Source: a virus
Strand: one strand, 5' to 3'
Virus record (IMG/VR): IMGVR_UViG_3300028610_001314
Length of the DNA stretch: 64,000 bases
Positions 9,854-19,473 of the stretch are shown here, piece by piece. The notes under the pieces are model-generated. The model made no database searches, was not told the origin of the DNA, and saw nothing but the letters and a program-made list of their open reading frames with translations. Positions within the stretch are counted from its first letter, which is position 1, and each line of letters starts with the position of its first letter. A program made the translations under genes and the position numbers.

Positions 9854-10339
9854 TTAAGCTTTGCCGACTACCGTGATTCCGGTTTTTGAAGGCTTGTATC
9901 TCAGGTGCCAGGTGATCGCTCCGGCAGTTGGGGTGCTATTGCTCATAATCATGTCAATCGTTCCCGGAGGCAATATTAAAGGCGTGGAACAACCCAGAGG
10001 TAACGCCGTGGCTGGCTCTGCATAAACAACCGCATCTCCAATAGCACCAGTAATATATGCCCATGTGTTTACGATAACAGACTGAAGATCAACCGCAGTA
10101 CACATCACAGTATCAGCACCGGCAGTCGGATCCATCTGTAGCTGCATTGTACTTGCACCACCAGACGTAACCGCCGTTGTGAATTCCCCGATAAGCGATA
10201 TGACCTCAATCGCCCCGCCTGTAATCGTAAAGATGTCGGCCACCGTTCCCCCGGTTACAACCTGAGCACCGGCAGATACGGCTTTTTCGGCCATGTCTAA
10301 AAGAGCTTCATAAACTTTTCCATCGACCAATTCAGTCAT
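9854..10339 (-). CDS. Putative virion protein
   Basis: 161 aa, A/G/T/V-rich beta-type composition, late operon. Confidence 0.6.
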   Translation of the reverse strand: MTELVDGKVYEALLDMAEKAVSAGAQVVTGGTVADIFTITGGAIEVISLIGEFTTAVTSGGASTMQLQMDPTAGADTVMCTAVDLQSVIVNTWAYITGAIGDAVVYAEPATALPLGCSTPLILPPGTIDMIMSNSTPTAGAITWHLRYKPSKTGITVVGKA

Positions 10340-10348
10340 ACCGTCCTC

Positions 10349-10951
10349 CTACACCAATGCTCTTGTAAATAATGTAAGGCCCCAGGTGTTCGTATCTGCA
10401 TTGGCAAATCTACAATCGAGCTTATCGCCAGAAGCCATGGGTTTAGGATCATCAAACATATAATTGATCCACTGTTGCCCGTTCATATCTTTTGTATAAA
10501 TCCGATTATCCCAGGCAGAACCCTTGGCCGCATCAACAGTAATGGTGAATTCTTCAGAAGCCGTGGCTGCTGCTGCGTCCAATGTGAGATAAAATCCCAG
10601 GAATTCCCAAGGGGGTCCGGCCCGAAGTTCACCCTGCATCCATGTGTCATAGGTGAACATAGTTTTCCAAGTATCGGTATTAGCTAATGTTTCAGCTACA
10701 TACTTGGCGTAAATCAACATACTGTTTGCATCGGGCAAGCTGACTATAGTTCTTAAGCCATTGTAATTGGTGGTAGCTTCGATGTAAAGCAAGCTGCCAG
10801 CCAATAATCCATGCCCCGTATCAGCCAGATCGGTCGTGTACGGAGGATTTACGCTGTCACCTTCGATAGCGGCCGCAGCGTTGAACGTACCGTTCATTGC
10901 TTTAGCCCCAGTGAAAAACCATTCATCCCGTTTGTTTTTAGGTAAAACCAT
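10349..10951 (-). CDS. Putative virion protein
   Basis: 200 aa, GGAG RBS, late operon. Confidence 0.6.
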   Translation of the reverse strand: MVLPKNKRDEWFFTGAKAMNGTFNAAAAIEGDSVNPPYTTDLADTGHGLLAGSLLYIEATTNYNGLRTIVSLPDANSMLIYAKYVAETLANTDTWKTMFTYDTWMQGELRAGPPWEFLGFYLTLDAAAATASEEFTITVDAAKGSAWDNRIYTKDMNGQQWINYMFDDPKPMASGDKLDCRFANADTNTWGLTLFTRALV

Positions 10952-10962
10952 TTTTCTGTCTC

Positions 10963-13900
10963 CTATTTTATTTGATATGCCTCTTTAAGTGTTATTGGTT
11001 TTTTAGTGTATGATATTGCAGGGGTTGAGGGTGATCTTTGTCTTGACTCCTGCTTTCTCATCATTAATTCATAGGCCCTTTTTGTTTTATCGTTTTTTCT
11101 TTGTATTAACGTATTAAGTTTATTCCTTTTCTCTTTAGGAGTTAAGGTTTTAGAATTGTATACTTTTCTGATCTGCACATTAATATCGCTCAAACTTTTT
11201 CTAATACTATTCATGCGCGGCATTAATGCAAGCTTTTCCTTATTTCTATCACGCAATTTACGGGCTTTGTCAAGATCGCCTGTTTTTTTGTAATCATTTA
11301 TAGTTCCTACAAGCTGATCTATCTCCCGCATAGTTTCATAGAACCTTGTGGCATGCTTGGTGTTTCTCGCCGGTCCAGCCTCTTTAATAAATCTTCCCAA
11401 TAAAGGATAGTCATCGATTTGTTTCTTTGGTTTTGAAGGGAAGTCTCCTAGTTGATATGCCATAATATCGGTTATTCCCAAACCAAACGTTCCTACAGTT
11501 GACAAATAACCTTCTATGAGGGCCTGAGCCCTTTTCGGAGGTATGCCCCACTTCTCGCCTAATAGTTTAAGCGTTTCGGATGTCCAGGGATCAAATCTTT
11601 CACCCGGGATCTTCTTTTTGAGTCTTTCGGATTCAATCGGCCGGCCAGTGAAAAAACTTTTATTCGCCCATTGCTCAATCAGAGGTTTTGCTAATTGGGG
11701 AGTAGGATTCATTGCAAAAGTATCTCTGCCCATATGGTACATAAAATCAATAAAGAATCCTATTTCTTCTTCGCCCGACATGACCTCAGCAGCGGATTCA
11801 AATGCCGTGCTGAAAATAGCGCCCACTTCAAACGGTTTGGGAATCCTAAAATGCTTATCGCCTATCCAAAAATGATAGTACGTCCATTTATCCCAATCTT
11901 CCAACTCCTTCCATTCGTCTTTATCTTTATTGATTGCGTACAGGGTCATGCTTGCCAAGGTAATAAGTCCACCTTTAAGCGCAAAAGATTTCGGGTCTTG
12001 CACCGCGGCCCGGCCTAATTTATATAAGCCCTGCATCCGGGCATTCATAAACGGTACTATTTGAATAAGAAATTGAACTACACCGGCATCGCCACTCATG
12101 GTAAAATCTAAAAGATCCCTTGCTTCGAAAGCAGCTTCAAGGTGTGATTTTTGCTCTGATATTCTCTTTGTATAGAGCGACACCCTTGCAGCATTTTCAG
12201 AAGCGGAACCTATCTTCTCCCAAATATCCAAAAGTTTCTTTGGAGTATCCAATATTCTCGAAGCAACACCTTTGCCCTCTCGCTTTGTTGTTCTCTTGAT
12301 GAAATTCGATAAAACCTTAGCGTCATCGGCCTTGACATAACTGCTACCAAATGCAGCTCCGGACGCCGCAAACTTTACAAAATCTTCATCCTCGCGCATG
12401 GATTTCACAAAACCCTTGGCCGAATCTAAAATAGGAACAAAGGATTTTGAGATAATAGCCGTGTGAAGCGTGTCCCTGATCATATTGGCAACCCTGAAGC
12501 CAGGTCCAAAAGTAGCGCCATAGGTCAAAGCTTTTTTTGATAACCGGAACATCTTCATTGCAATATTATTAAACGAATCCTTTTTCATATTGCTGAGAGC
12601 ATTGAATAATTCAGCATCGTTTACCCTGAAATAAACCCGTTCACCTTCTCTCTGAAATGATAATATGTTATTGTCTTTTAATTGGCCGAATAGAATGACC
12701 GTAGTTTGCCGTGGAGATATCGAGTATTTCTTTTTGTATTTTACAGATAGCTCATTTGCGAACAGGTTGGCATCTTCTTTCGAATCAAATAGACTCGAAG
12801 CTCTTTTTGCACCCGCACCTTTGACAGCGTATCTTGTTTGGATTTTACTGCCAAGAACCCTTACGAGTTCCTTTTTATCAACCTTTTCAACAGCCTTTAC
12901 TCCTAATCTTTCGGCAGAATCATAGGCCTCTGCCCTAGCCATGTTCCTCATAGACTCATGGATAAGATGCATCCAGTTTCTAATTGTGTTTTCTAACGGA
13001 TCTCCTAATTTCTTTTCCGCACCTTTCAGTCTACGTATCTGAGCATCAATATCACGCTTGTTTGATTTGGGGCTATGCAGATATTCTTCTCGCGCTTGTT
13101 CGTCCTCAAATACACGATAAAAAGGAATGTAGAACTCTTGTTCCCATTGCTCCCGTTTTCCCTGGTTGATAATGCCAGCATTTACAGCAAGATCAAGTAT
13201 TCCGCTATTAAATTCGTTGAATTGTTTGTGGAGTTCATCCCATGTGCCCTTTTCTGGATCTCCGATAGATTCGAATATCTTTTTCCTTTCGGTCTCTGTC
13301 AGCCAATTTTCTCTATCTTCTGTCTCGAGTACTTCAGCACGTTTGGCCGCAATCCAATACAGAAGCTTTTCACCATCTTTGCCAAGGGATTTATACCATG
13401 TTAAAAATCCTTTTCTATTGGTATCAACCGTGAGCGCCTTGCCGTCCCATTTTGGTATGCCATGTCTCATGAAGGTGGCAAGTACGCCTTCAATGCCGGT
13501 CTCTATCCTGTGGAGCATGTAAGCTTCTTCGCCAAGCTGATCTTTTATCGGGTGGAGCCGGTCGAAAACTCTCGTTTGCCAGTTATCTCTGACATCATCG
13601 ATCTGCTCCATGGCTTTATCGATTAAGTTCTTATCTTTAACCCCGAATAGCTCCTTTTTCCAATCAGAAGGTTTTTCGGTCTTAAGTTCCTTTTTAAGTT
13701 TTTCCCGGCCTGTTTTGTGAAGTTTCTCCGGAAAGTGCTTTTCCAGAAATGCCCGTTTCTTTTCAACAGCTTCTTCCTTGGCTTTCCTTTCGGCTTTTCG
13801 CTTGGCTATCTTTTCAACAGCAGCAGAAATATCAACCTCGCCCGCTTCGCTTATTATCTTTGCGGCTACGCCTTTGGGTTTTGGAGGTTCTTTAGTTTCT

Positions 13901-16377
13901 GTCTCTAGCTTTGCGATTTCACGCTTTAAATTAGACAATAATGAATTGTCAGAAAGCATGATATTTTCTTTTTGCCGCCATTCTTCCATTAACGCCTTTT
14001 TGGATTCAATACCTGCAGCTTTAAGCGTTATTTCCTTGTTGTCGATTTTCTTTCGGAGAGAATCTATCTTTTCAAATTCTTTTTCGGAATCTAGAGCATC
14101 TTTTTCGTAGTCAGGCAATTCTTTCTTTTTCCTAGCCAATTCATCTTTTTTTATTTCAAACTCAAAATCCTTTTCCAGAAAAGACCTTCTGAGTTTTTTG
14201 CGGGTTCCAGGTTTCAGGTCTTGCTCCAACAAGTAATTTATAAATCCCGTATAAACATCCTCGTTAGACTTTTCCGCTGAATAGATGGTATTTTCCTCAG
14301 TTGCTCGTTTTAAATATGTGTCAACCTCTTTAGGGTCAATTTCTTTGGGGTCTAAATTTCTCAGGATTGTTTTTTTGTAAAGGTTTTCTGCGTATGCCCG
14401 CCTTTTCTTTGGTTTGATTCTGCCTGTTTTCTTTAGCTTATACGGCTTTGGCATTGTGCCAGGGAAAATGCTTTTGACACGTTTCTTGAAATCAAAGAGT
14501 TTGGTTGCTTGTATACTAAATTCCCCATCTCCTGGAACATGAAATGTGTAAAGGTTAGATCCTATGCTCCACCCTTCGGGATTTTCTTTTATGTGTTCAA
14601 CGGCTTCTGGATTTAAATTATTCCCTTCAACATATTCCTTAACTGCCACATCAATCGCCCTGTCAATCTCCGCAATCAAATAAGCCTTCTGTTCCTTCGG
14701 GGTTAATTCAGCGGCTTCTTTTGCAGGAATGTCTACAGAGACCTCCTTTTTCTCGCCCTTGGTGGTGACTTCGATTTCTTCAGCCGGTTTCTCGGCTTTG
14801 GGAATAGCCTTGGCTAACTCAGGATAGTCGGGATGGCTTTCTATCTTGCCTTCGGATATGGCTTGCTCAACAATCTTCTTGTGCCGTTGCTCAAATGCTG
14901 TATCAAATTCTTTTGCCGCTTTTCGTGCCACGTCCTGATATTTAATTTTTCCTCTCGCAGAGGTTGCTTTTGATGAAACACCGGCCATGCTTGTTTTTGC
15001 ATTAATCCATCGGGTTCTTTCTCCAGCAGGCTGATTCCCCTCAAATTCATCCTTGCTCAATTCCCACGGCTCTTTCGCCTTTTCCACGGCTTCAGGCTCA
15101 ACCTCTACCCTTGCTTCAGGTTCGATAGTCGGCTCTACGGCCTCTGTGGGAGTTGGTTTTGCGGGTTTTTCGAGTTTTGCCAGCTTTTCCTGTTCACGAC
15201 GCTCCATTTCAGCTATCTCGGCTTTTGGAGTTACGGGTTCGGGTTCGACTACTGGCTCAGGCTCAATTGGCTTGGTTAATTCAGTGATTTCCTCCTGTGT
15301 TAAAACAGGTTCTTTTTTGGGAGTAACTTCTGGTTCAGCAACAGGCTCTTTGGGCTTCAGGATCTCATCAATTGCAGAAACGGTATATGGTTCATCTGAC
15401 CAAATATCCTTTATTGCCTCAAGATCCTCAGTTGAGATTTCATCCTTCTCGAATTTAGTGCGTATTTCGTCTATCGGTGGAGATGGAATGCCTTCAACAT
15501 CAGCTTTCCTTGCTCTTGCAACACCGCCAGCCAAAGGGCCCATTAGTAATGTTTGAACGCCGGCCGGTCCAGCAGAGGCAACCGCTTCTTCCCATGCGCT
15601 GATTTCAGGTAATCCGGCCTCTTTCCTAAACTCTTTTCGGGCTTCTGCTTGAATTGCTCCTGTAACCATTTCACCAGGGACTTCAACAACACCTAATTTT
15701 AATGTCTGTCCGGTTAATCGTTTGAAGGCTTCCTTGACTCCCTGGCTTGCTGCTTTTTTACCAATGATACCAAATATCTTTGCACCAATTAAATCAGTTG
15801 CAGCCTCTATTCCACCTTCGGCTATCGCTGAAATAATTGCATCACTTTTAAATTTTTCACGGCTTAGGCCAGCTTCTTCAACTTCCTCCAAGAACCTGTC
15901 ATATTCAGCAAGGGAAAATAATGTTCCGGCTCCCCCGGCAAAACCAGCAACGGCTCCCACCGGACCTCCAATAGCCCCACCGACTACCGCGGCCGGAGCT
16001 CCACCAAGGATAGACTGAACCGTTGATTCTATACCCTGAGTAACCGAATTCCAGAAATAACCTTCTTTTTCAGACTCGAAAGGTTCCGCAGTTTTTTTGG
16101 CACGTTCAATGATGTTTGTGGTATCCAGTCCGATTGTTCTGCCGGCCCGGGCATACATCTCGGCTGTTCCGATCAAACCCTTAGCTATGGATGGTCCGAT
16201 AACGCCCTCTTCGCCCACCGGTAGACCCAATTCTTCATAAATAGGTTCTGCCTGAAATTCATCCCAAGGCTTATCACTATCAAGAAAAGCGTCAAAAGAA
16301 TCTCCAGGAAGCGCAGGAGTCCCTTGGAATTCATCCCATGATTGATCGCTATCTAAAAATTGGTCGAATGTACCCAT
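10963..16377 (-). CDS. Large internal virion/DNA-ejection protein with C-terminal LPD38 domain
   Basis: 1804 aa; WKELEDWDKWTYYHFWIGDKHFRIPKPFEVGAIF and following region match LPD38; position after nozzle and pilot genes. Confidence 0.8.
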   Translation of the reverse strand: MGTFDQFLDSDQSWDEFQGTPALPGDSFDAFLDSDKPWDEFQAEPIYEELGLPVGEEGVIGPSIAKGLIGTAEMYARAGRTIGLDTTNIIERAKKTAEPFESEKEGYFWNSVTQGIESTVQSILGGAPAAVVGGAIGGPVGAVAGFAGGAGTLFSLAEYDRFLEEVEEAGLSREKFKSDAIISAIAEGGIEAATDLIGAKIFGIIGKKAASQGVKEAFKRLTGQTLKLGVVEVPGEMVTGAIQAEARKEFRKEAGLPEISAWEEAVASAGPAGVQTLLMGPLAGGVARARKADVEGIPSPPIDEIRTKFEKDEISTEDLEAIKDIWSDEPYTVSAIDEILKPKEPVAEPEVTPKKEPVLTQEEITELTKPIEPEPVVEPEPVTPKAEIAEMERREQEKLAKLEKPAKPTPTEAVEPTIEPEARVEVEPEAVEKAKEPWELSKDEFEGNQPAGERTRWINAKTSMAGVSSKATSARGKIKYQDVARKAAKEFDTAFEQRHKKIVEQAISEGKIESHPDYPELAKAIPKAEKPAEEIEVTTKGEKKEVSVDIPAKEAAELTPKEQKAYLIAEIDRAIDVAVKEYVEGNNLNPEAVEHIKENPEGWSIGSNLYTFHVPGDGEFSIQATKLFDFKKRVKSIFPGTMPKPYKLKKTGRIKPKKRRAYAENLYKKTILRNLDPKEIDPKEVDTYLKRATEENTIYSAEKSNEDVYTGFINYLLEQDLKPGTRKKLRRSFLEKDFEFEIKKDELARKKKELPDYEKDALDSEKEFEKIDSLRKKIDNKEITLKAAGIESKKALMEEWRQKENIMLSDNSLLSNLKREIAKLETETKEPPKPKGVAAKIISEAGEVDISAAVEKIAKRKAERKAKEEAVEKKRAFLEKHFPEKLHKTGREKLKKELKTEKPSDWKKELFGVKDKNLIDKAMEQIDDVRDNWQTRVFDRLHPIKDQLGEEAYMLHRIETGIEGVLATFMRHGIPKWDGKALTVDTNRKGFLTWYKSLGKDGEKLLYWIAAKRAEVLETEDRENWLTETERKKIFESIGDPEKGTWDELHKQFNEFNSGILDLAVNAGIINQGKREQWEQEFYIPFYRVFEDEQAREEYLHSPKSNKRDIDAQIRRLKGAEKKLGDPLENTIRNWMHLIHESMRNMARAEAYDSAERLGVKAVEKVDKKELVRVLGSKIQTRYAVKGAGAKRASSLFDSKEDANLFANELSVKYKKKYSISPRQTTVILFGQLKDNNILSFQREGERVYFRVNDAELFNALSNMKKDSFNNIAMKMFRLSKKALTYGATFGPGFRVANMIRDTLHTAIISKSFVPILDSAKGFVKSMREDEDFVKFAASGAAFGSSYVKADDAKVLSNFIKRTTKREGKGVASRILDTPKKLLDIWEKIGSASENAARVSLYTKRISEQKSHLEAAFEARDLLDFTMSGDAGVVQFLIQIVPFMNARMQGLYKLGRAAVQDPKSFALKGGLITLASMTLYAINKDKDEWKELEDWDKWTYYHFWIGDKHFRIPKPFEVGAIFSTAFESAAEVMSGEEEIGFFIDFMYHMGRDTFAMNPTPQLAKPLIEQWANKSFFTGRPIESERLKKKIPGERFDPWTSETLKLLGEKWGIPPKRAQALIEGYLSTVGTFGLGITDIMAYQLGDFPSKPKKQIDDYPLLGRFIKEAGPARNTKHATRFYETMREIDQLVGTINDYKKTGDLDKARKLRDRNKEKLALMPRMNSIRKSLSDINVQIRKVYNSKTLTPKEKRNKLNTLIQRKNDKTKRAYELMMRKQESRQRSPSTPAISYTKKPITLKEAYQIK

Positions 16378-16378
16378 T

Positions 16379-17317
16379 TTATTTTGTAGTTATCTGTAAA
16401 TAATATTGTTTTGCCTGTTCCCTGGTTATAGTACCGGCTTTGAAAGCATTCCTGATTTCTTCCGGGGTTTTGTATTCTTGTGCCTCGGGTGCTTCCGGTG
16501 TTACTGGTTTAATGATTTTCGCTGCTTCGGGCATCGTATCGCCTATCATACCATCGGCTTCCGTAATCAGTCCCTTTAAAATGTTCTCCCATTGAACAAG
16601 CTGAGACATTCGGGGAGAGACTTCTTCGGGAGATAAGGCCTCTGCGTTTAATTTCGCTATGGAATTATTAACCCCGGCTAAATCTCTGTGCCATTTTGCA
16701 CGATTTGTTTTAGCCTTTTCGACCTTATCTCCTTTATCCTTTACAGCTTTCAGGGCTTTCTTTTCCCTGTCTTTTAAAATACGCATACCGCTTTCAAATC
16801 TTTTTCTCGAAAGTTCCCAATCCCTCAATGTTTTGCTGTAAATCTCCTTTTTATCTTTAGCAGAAGCATCATGTGGAGTATTGATCTCGACTTGGGCATC
16901 AATATCTAGGTCGGGTTCATAACCAAATTTATCTTGAAGTGTTTTCGTGGCTACTGGCCAATTAATATTTGCAAAATCAACCTGAGCAGACGCAGGAGGT
17001 CTTTCCTTCGGTGTTTCTGATATCCGCTGCCACTTTTCCTCTTTGTATGGATCTTCCTCATATTTCCCGGTGGTAGGATTCCAAACCCGCCCAGATTCAT
17101 GCAGTTCAGGAGCATCAGGAGAAGTTGCCGGTATATTGGTAAACTTTCCAAGGAATTCAGGCTGTTCAAAAGGTTCTGCTTTGACAGGCTCTTCGGGAAC
17201 TGGCTTTGTCCTTGGAAGTTTTATATCAGGCTGTATTTTCTGAGCCTCATCGAATTCTTTTTTCCTCTTTTCAAACTCTTCCTCGGATTCTCCGGATTTT
17301 CTTTGTAGTGTTGCCAT
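16379..17317 (-). CDS. Putative ejection/internal virion protein
   Basis: 312 aa, charged helical, between nozzle and LPD38 gene. Confidence 0.55.
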   Translation of the reverse strand: MATLQRKSGESEEEFEKRKKEFDEAQKIQPDIKLPRTKPVPEEPVKAEPFEQPEFLGKFTNIPATSPDAPELHESGRVWNPTTGKYEEDPYKEEKWQRISETPKERPPASAQVDFANINWPVATKTLQDKFGYEPDLDIDAQVEINTPHDASAKDKKEIYSKTLRDWELSRKRFESGMRILKDREKKALKAVKDKGDKVEKAKTNRAKWHRDLAGVNNSIAKLNAEALSPEEVSPRMSQLVQWENILKGLITEADGMIGDTMPEAAKIIKPVTPEAPEAQEYKTPEEIRNAFKAGTITREQAKQYYLQITTK

Positions 17318-17328
17318 TGCCTGTCCCT

Positions 17329-18354
17329 TTACATTTCCCAGTATGGTTTTTGGGTCGGTTCTGTTTTGGTTTCAAAAATGGTTTCTGTGCCAGTTTTAAA
17401 ATAAGTATCCATGGCAGATTCAAAAATAGTCATAACTCTTGTATTTTCAGAAGCCACCCTTTGTCTTTCGCCTTCAACTTCAGCAGCAAAAACCTGATTG
17501 ACGGCATCAAGCTCGGCCTGATATTCATATTTGCGGGCTTCCATCTTGCCAGCATATTTATCCCGAACAGACTGTACAGCCATAGACCAGTTTTTCTCAG
17601 CAGCACCATATTCAAAGCCATATTCATCTCTTTGTAGCTGTACCTGAGCCGTCCAGTTTTTGGTAGCTGTATCATAAGCTACCCGATATTCCTCATTATA
17701 TTGTGATTGGGCTGTTTTGGATGCCTCACCCATAACTCTTTCAAGGTTTGTGCCGTAAACACCAAGAGATTCTTTCAGCGTAAGTCTGCTTTGCGGATCT
17801 CCGCGCCTTCTTGCTCCTGCCGTAATAGCGGCCTGTGCTTCTCTTAGAAGTCTAACTCCTGGTGCGGCCGCTTGTTGTTGAAGTACACGTTGCCTTGCTT
17901 CATCTCTTTCAGGCGCAATAAATTCAGGTGCCGCTTCCATTTCGGGCGCTGCAAATTCAGGGATAGCCTCCATTTCCGGTAGTTGAAATCCGGGAACATC
18001 GGGACGTTCGGGCATTTGAAATTCTGCAAATTCTCCCATTCCAGGCTTTGGGCCAGGTGGTGTCCATGTTTTGGTTGAAGTAGCTGTCGCTGTGTCTCCA
18101 CCAGCCCCAGCTCCCCCATATTGCCCAGATAACTTAGATTTTGTAATATCAGCTTTTTCAGCAGTAAAATCATACCACCAGATACCAGAAGGATTCGTAG
18201 GGGTTTTATTATTCACCCAATATTTTGAAGCCCCGCTTGCGCCAGCAGCCTGAACAGCCTGCATAGCTTTTGGATCGCTTGGACCTCTATGTGTCGAATA
18301 TCCCGGTTTTACAAGTGGTTTTCCAGAAAGGATTGAACCATCTGTTGTTGCCAT
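17329..18354 (-). CDS. Putative ejection/pilot protein with short internal repeats
   Basis: 341 aa, A/Q/E-rich; PEMEA(I/A)PEF tandem repeat and a 22-aa KNW..VQ..RD.Y repeat. Confidence 0.55.
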   Translation of the reverse strand: MATTDGSILSGKPLVKPGYSTHRGPSDPKAMQAVQAAGASGASKYWVNNKTPTNPSGIWWYDFTAEKADITKSKLSGQYGGAGAGGDTATATSTKTWTPPGPKPGMGEFAEFQMPERPDVPGFQLPEMEAIPEFAAPEMEAAPEFIAPERDEARQRVLQQQAAAPGVRLLREAQAAITAGARRRGDPQSRLTLKESLGVYGTNLERVMGEASKTAQSQYNEEYRVAYDTATKNWTAQVQLQRDEYGFEYGAAEKNWSMAVQSVRDKYAGKMEARKYEYQAELDAVNQVFAAEVEGERQRVASENTRVMTIFESAMDTYFKTGTETIFETKTEPTQKPYWEM

Positions 18355-18368
18355 TTTAAATTACCCCT

Positions 18369-19328
18369 TTATGTGGTAAATACTATATTTGTAATACGGA
18401 ATTGATTTCCCGAAATTGGCTGATCTTCATTCAATTGAAGTTGATTTATTTCATCTCCAACACCCCAACTCAATACCAGCGAATCTCCCGAAGTATAATT
18501 TGAATCTCCCCCAGCGTCTCCTGCTCCAGTAGAACCAATCTTGAACTCAAGAGGATTCACTCCACCAGCTACTAACTCCCACGTAACTACTACAGATGCA
18601 GGTTGATAGCCAACATACCATGAACCTGTAGGAGTTAAGTCAATTCTAGTATTCTCAAAGGGTCCAAAACCTTGGGTATCAGAGGTATATTTACCTCCAG
18701 CATAACTTCCTCTATTAATAGTCCAGTAACTTGGACCCATAGCTGTTACGGTTGCAGGTAAAATAGAGATATTATAAATGCCCGTTTTTGTTTCGCTTGG
18801 ATTCCACCCATCTTTAAAGGCTTTTGCTTTTAATGTTGTATTAGAAGACAGCACTATTCCCGCTGGTGTGTATTTTGTTTTATTTTCAGTAGGTTCAGTA
18901 CCATCAATAGTGTAATAAATATCAGCATCAGCCGGAACGGTTATAATATAAACGGTTTGTGCAGAACCATAAGTTCCCGCCACTGGAACAAATATAGGCG
19001 TCGTAATGGTAAATACTGTTTCGGCTGTGGCAATCGGAACTGTTCCCCAGTCTACATCAGGAGTAGTTTGGGGTGGCAGGGGTGGAAAACTTGGTTCCGG
19101 TAATTGCTCATACTCCATCTGTTCGTAACCTCCCCCGCCCTGATCTTCTGGCAAAGCGTTCGTAATATAAGGACGTACAAATTCAGACTCAGGCTTAACA
19201 GTTACATCGGCAATAGCCTTTTCTGTTGAACGACGAAATTGTTCTTGATAGGGTTTATTGCCGCGATATGTCTGTCTTACAGCATCCCTATTTATTAGAT
19301 CGCTTTTTACGTTTGTTAATCTGCTCAT
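18369..19328 (-). CDS. Virion protein with chitobiase/Fn3-associated (CHB_HEX_C_1-like) domain
   Basis: TPIFVPVAGTYGSAQTV...IYYTIDGTEPT...Y...I.LSSNTTLKAKAFKDGW. Confidence 0.75.
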   Translation of the reverse strand: MSRLTNVKSDLINRDAVRQTYRGNKPYQEQFRRSTEKAIADVTVKPESEFVRPYITNALPEDQGGGGYEQMEYEQLPEPSFPPLPPQTTPDVDWGTVPIATAETVFTITTPIFVPVAGTYGSAQTVYIITVPADADIYYTIDGTEPTENKTKYTPAGIVLSSNTTLKAKAFKDGWNPSETKTGIYNISILPATVTAMGPSYWTINRGSYAGGKYTSDTQGFGPFENTRIDLTPTGSWYVGYQPASVVVTWELVAGGVNPLEFKIGSTGAGDAGGDSNYTSGDSLVLSWGVGDEINQLQLNEDQPISGNQFRITNIVFTT

Positions 19329-19473
19329 TTAAAATGCTCGATGTCGTTTCTGGCTTTGTCCAAAATCCTTCTTTATTTAAAGGTGGATCTTGTGGAATCG
19401 GATCACCTTTTTCATCCACCATTGGCACTGTCTTAAAAAATTTCTGTTTCCAATTACGATGATCTGGCTTCAT
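19288..19473 (-). CDS. Small hypothetical protein
   Basis: 61 aa, coupled to nozzle stop. Confidence 0.45.
   Translation of the reverse strand: MKPDHRNWKQKFFKTVPMVDEKGDPIPQDPPLNKEGFWTKPETTSSILNEQINKRKKRSNK

Noticed and set aside
11543-16018. Many + strand ORFs opposite structural genes (also 3200, 4534, 17206, 25577, 26743 and others)
   Set aside because: Antisense shadows of long - strand genes with no RBS or motifs.
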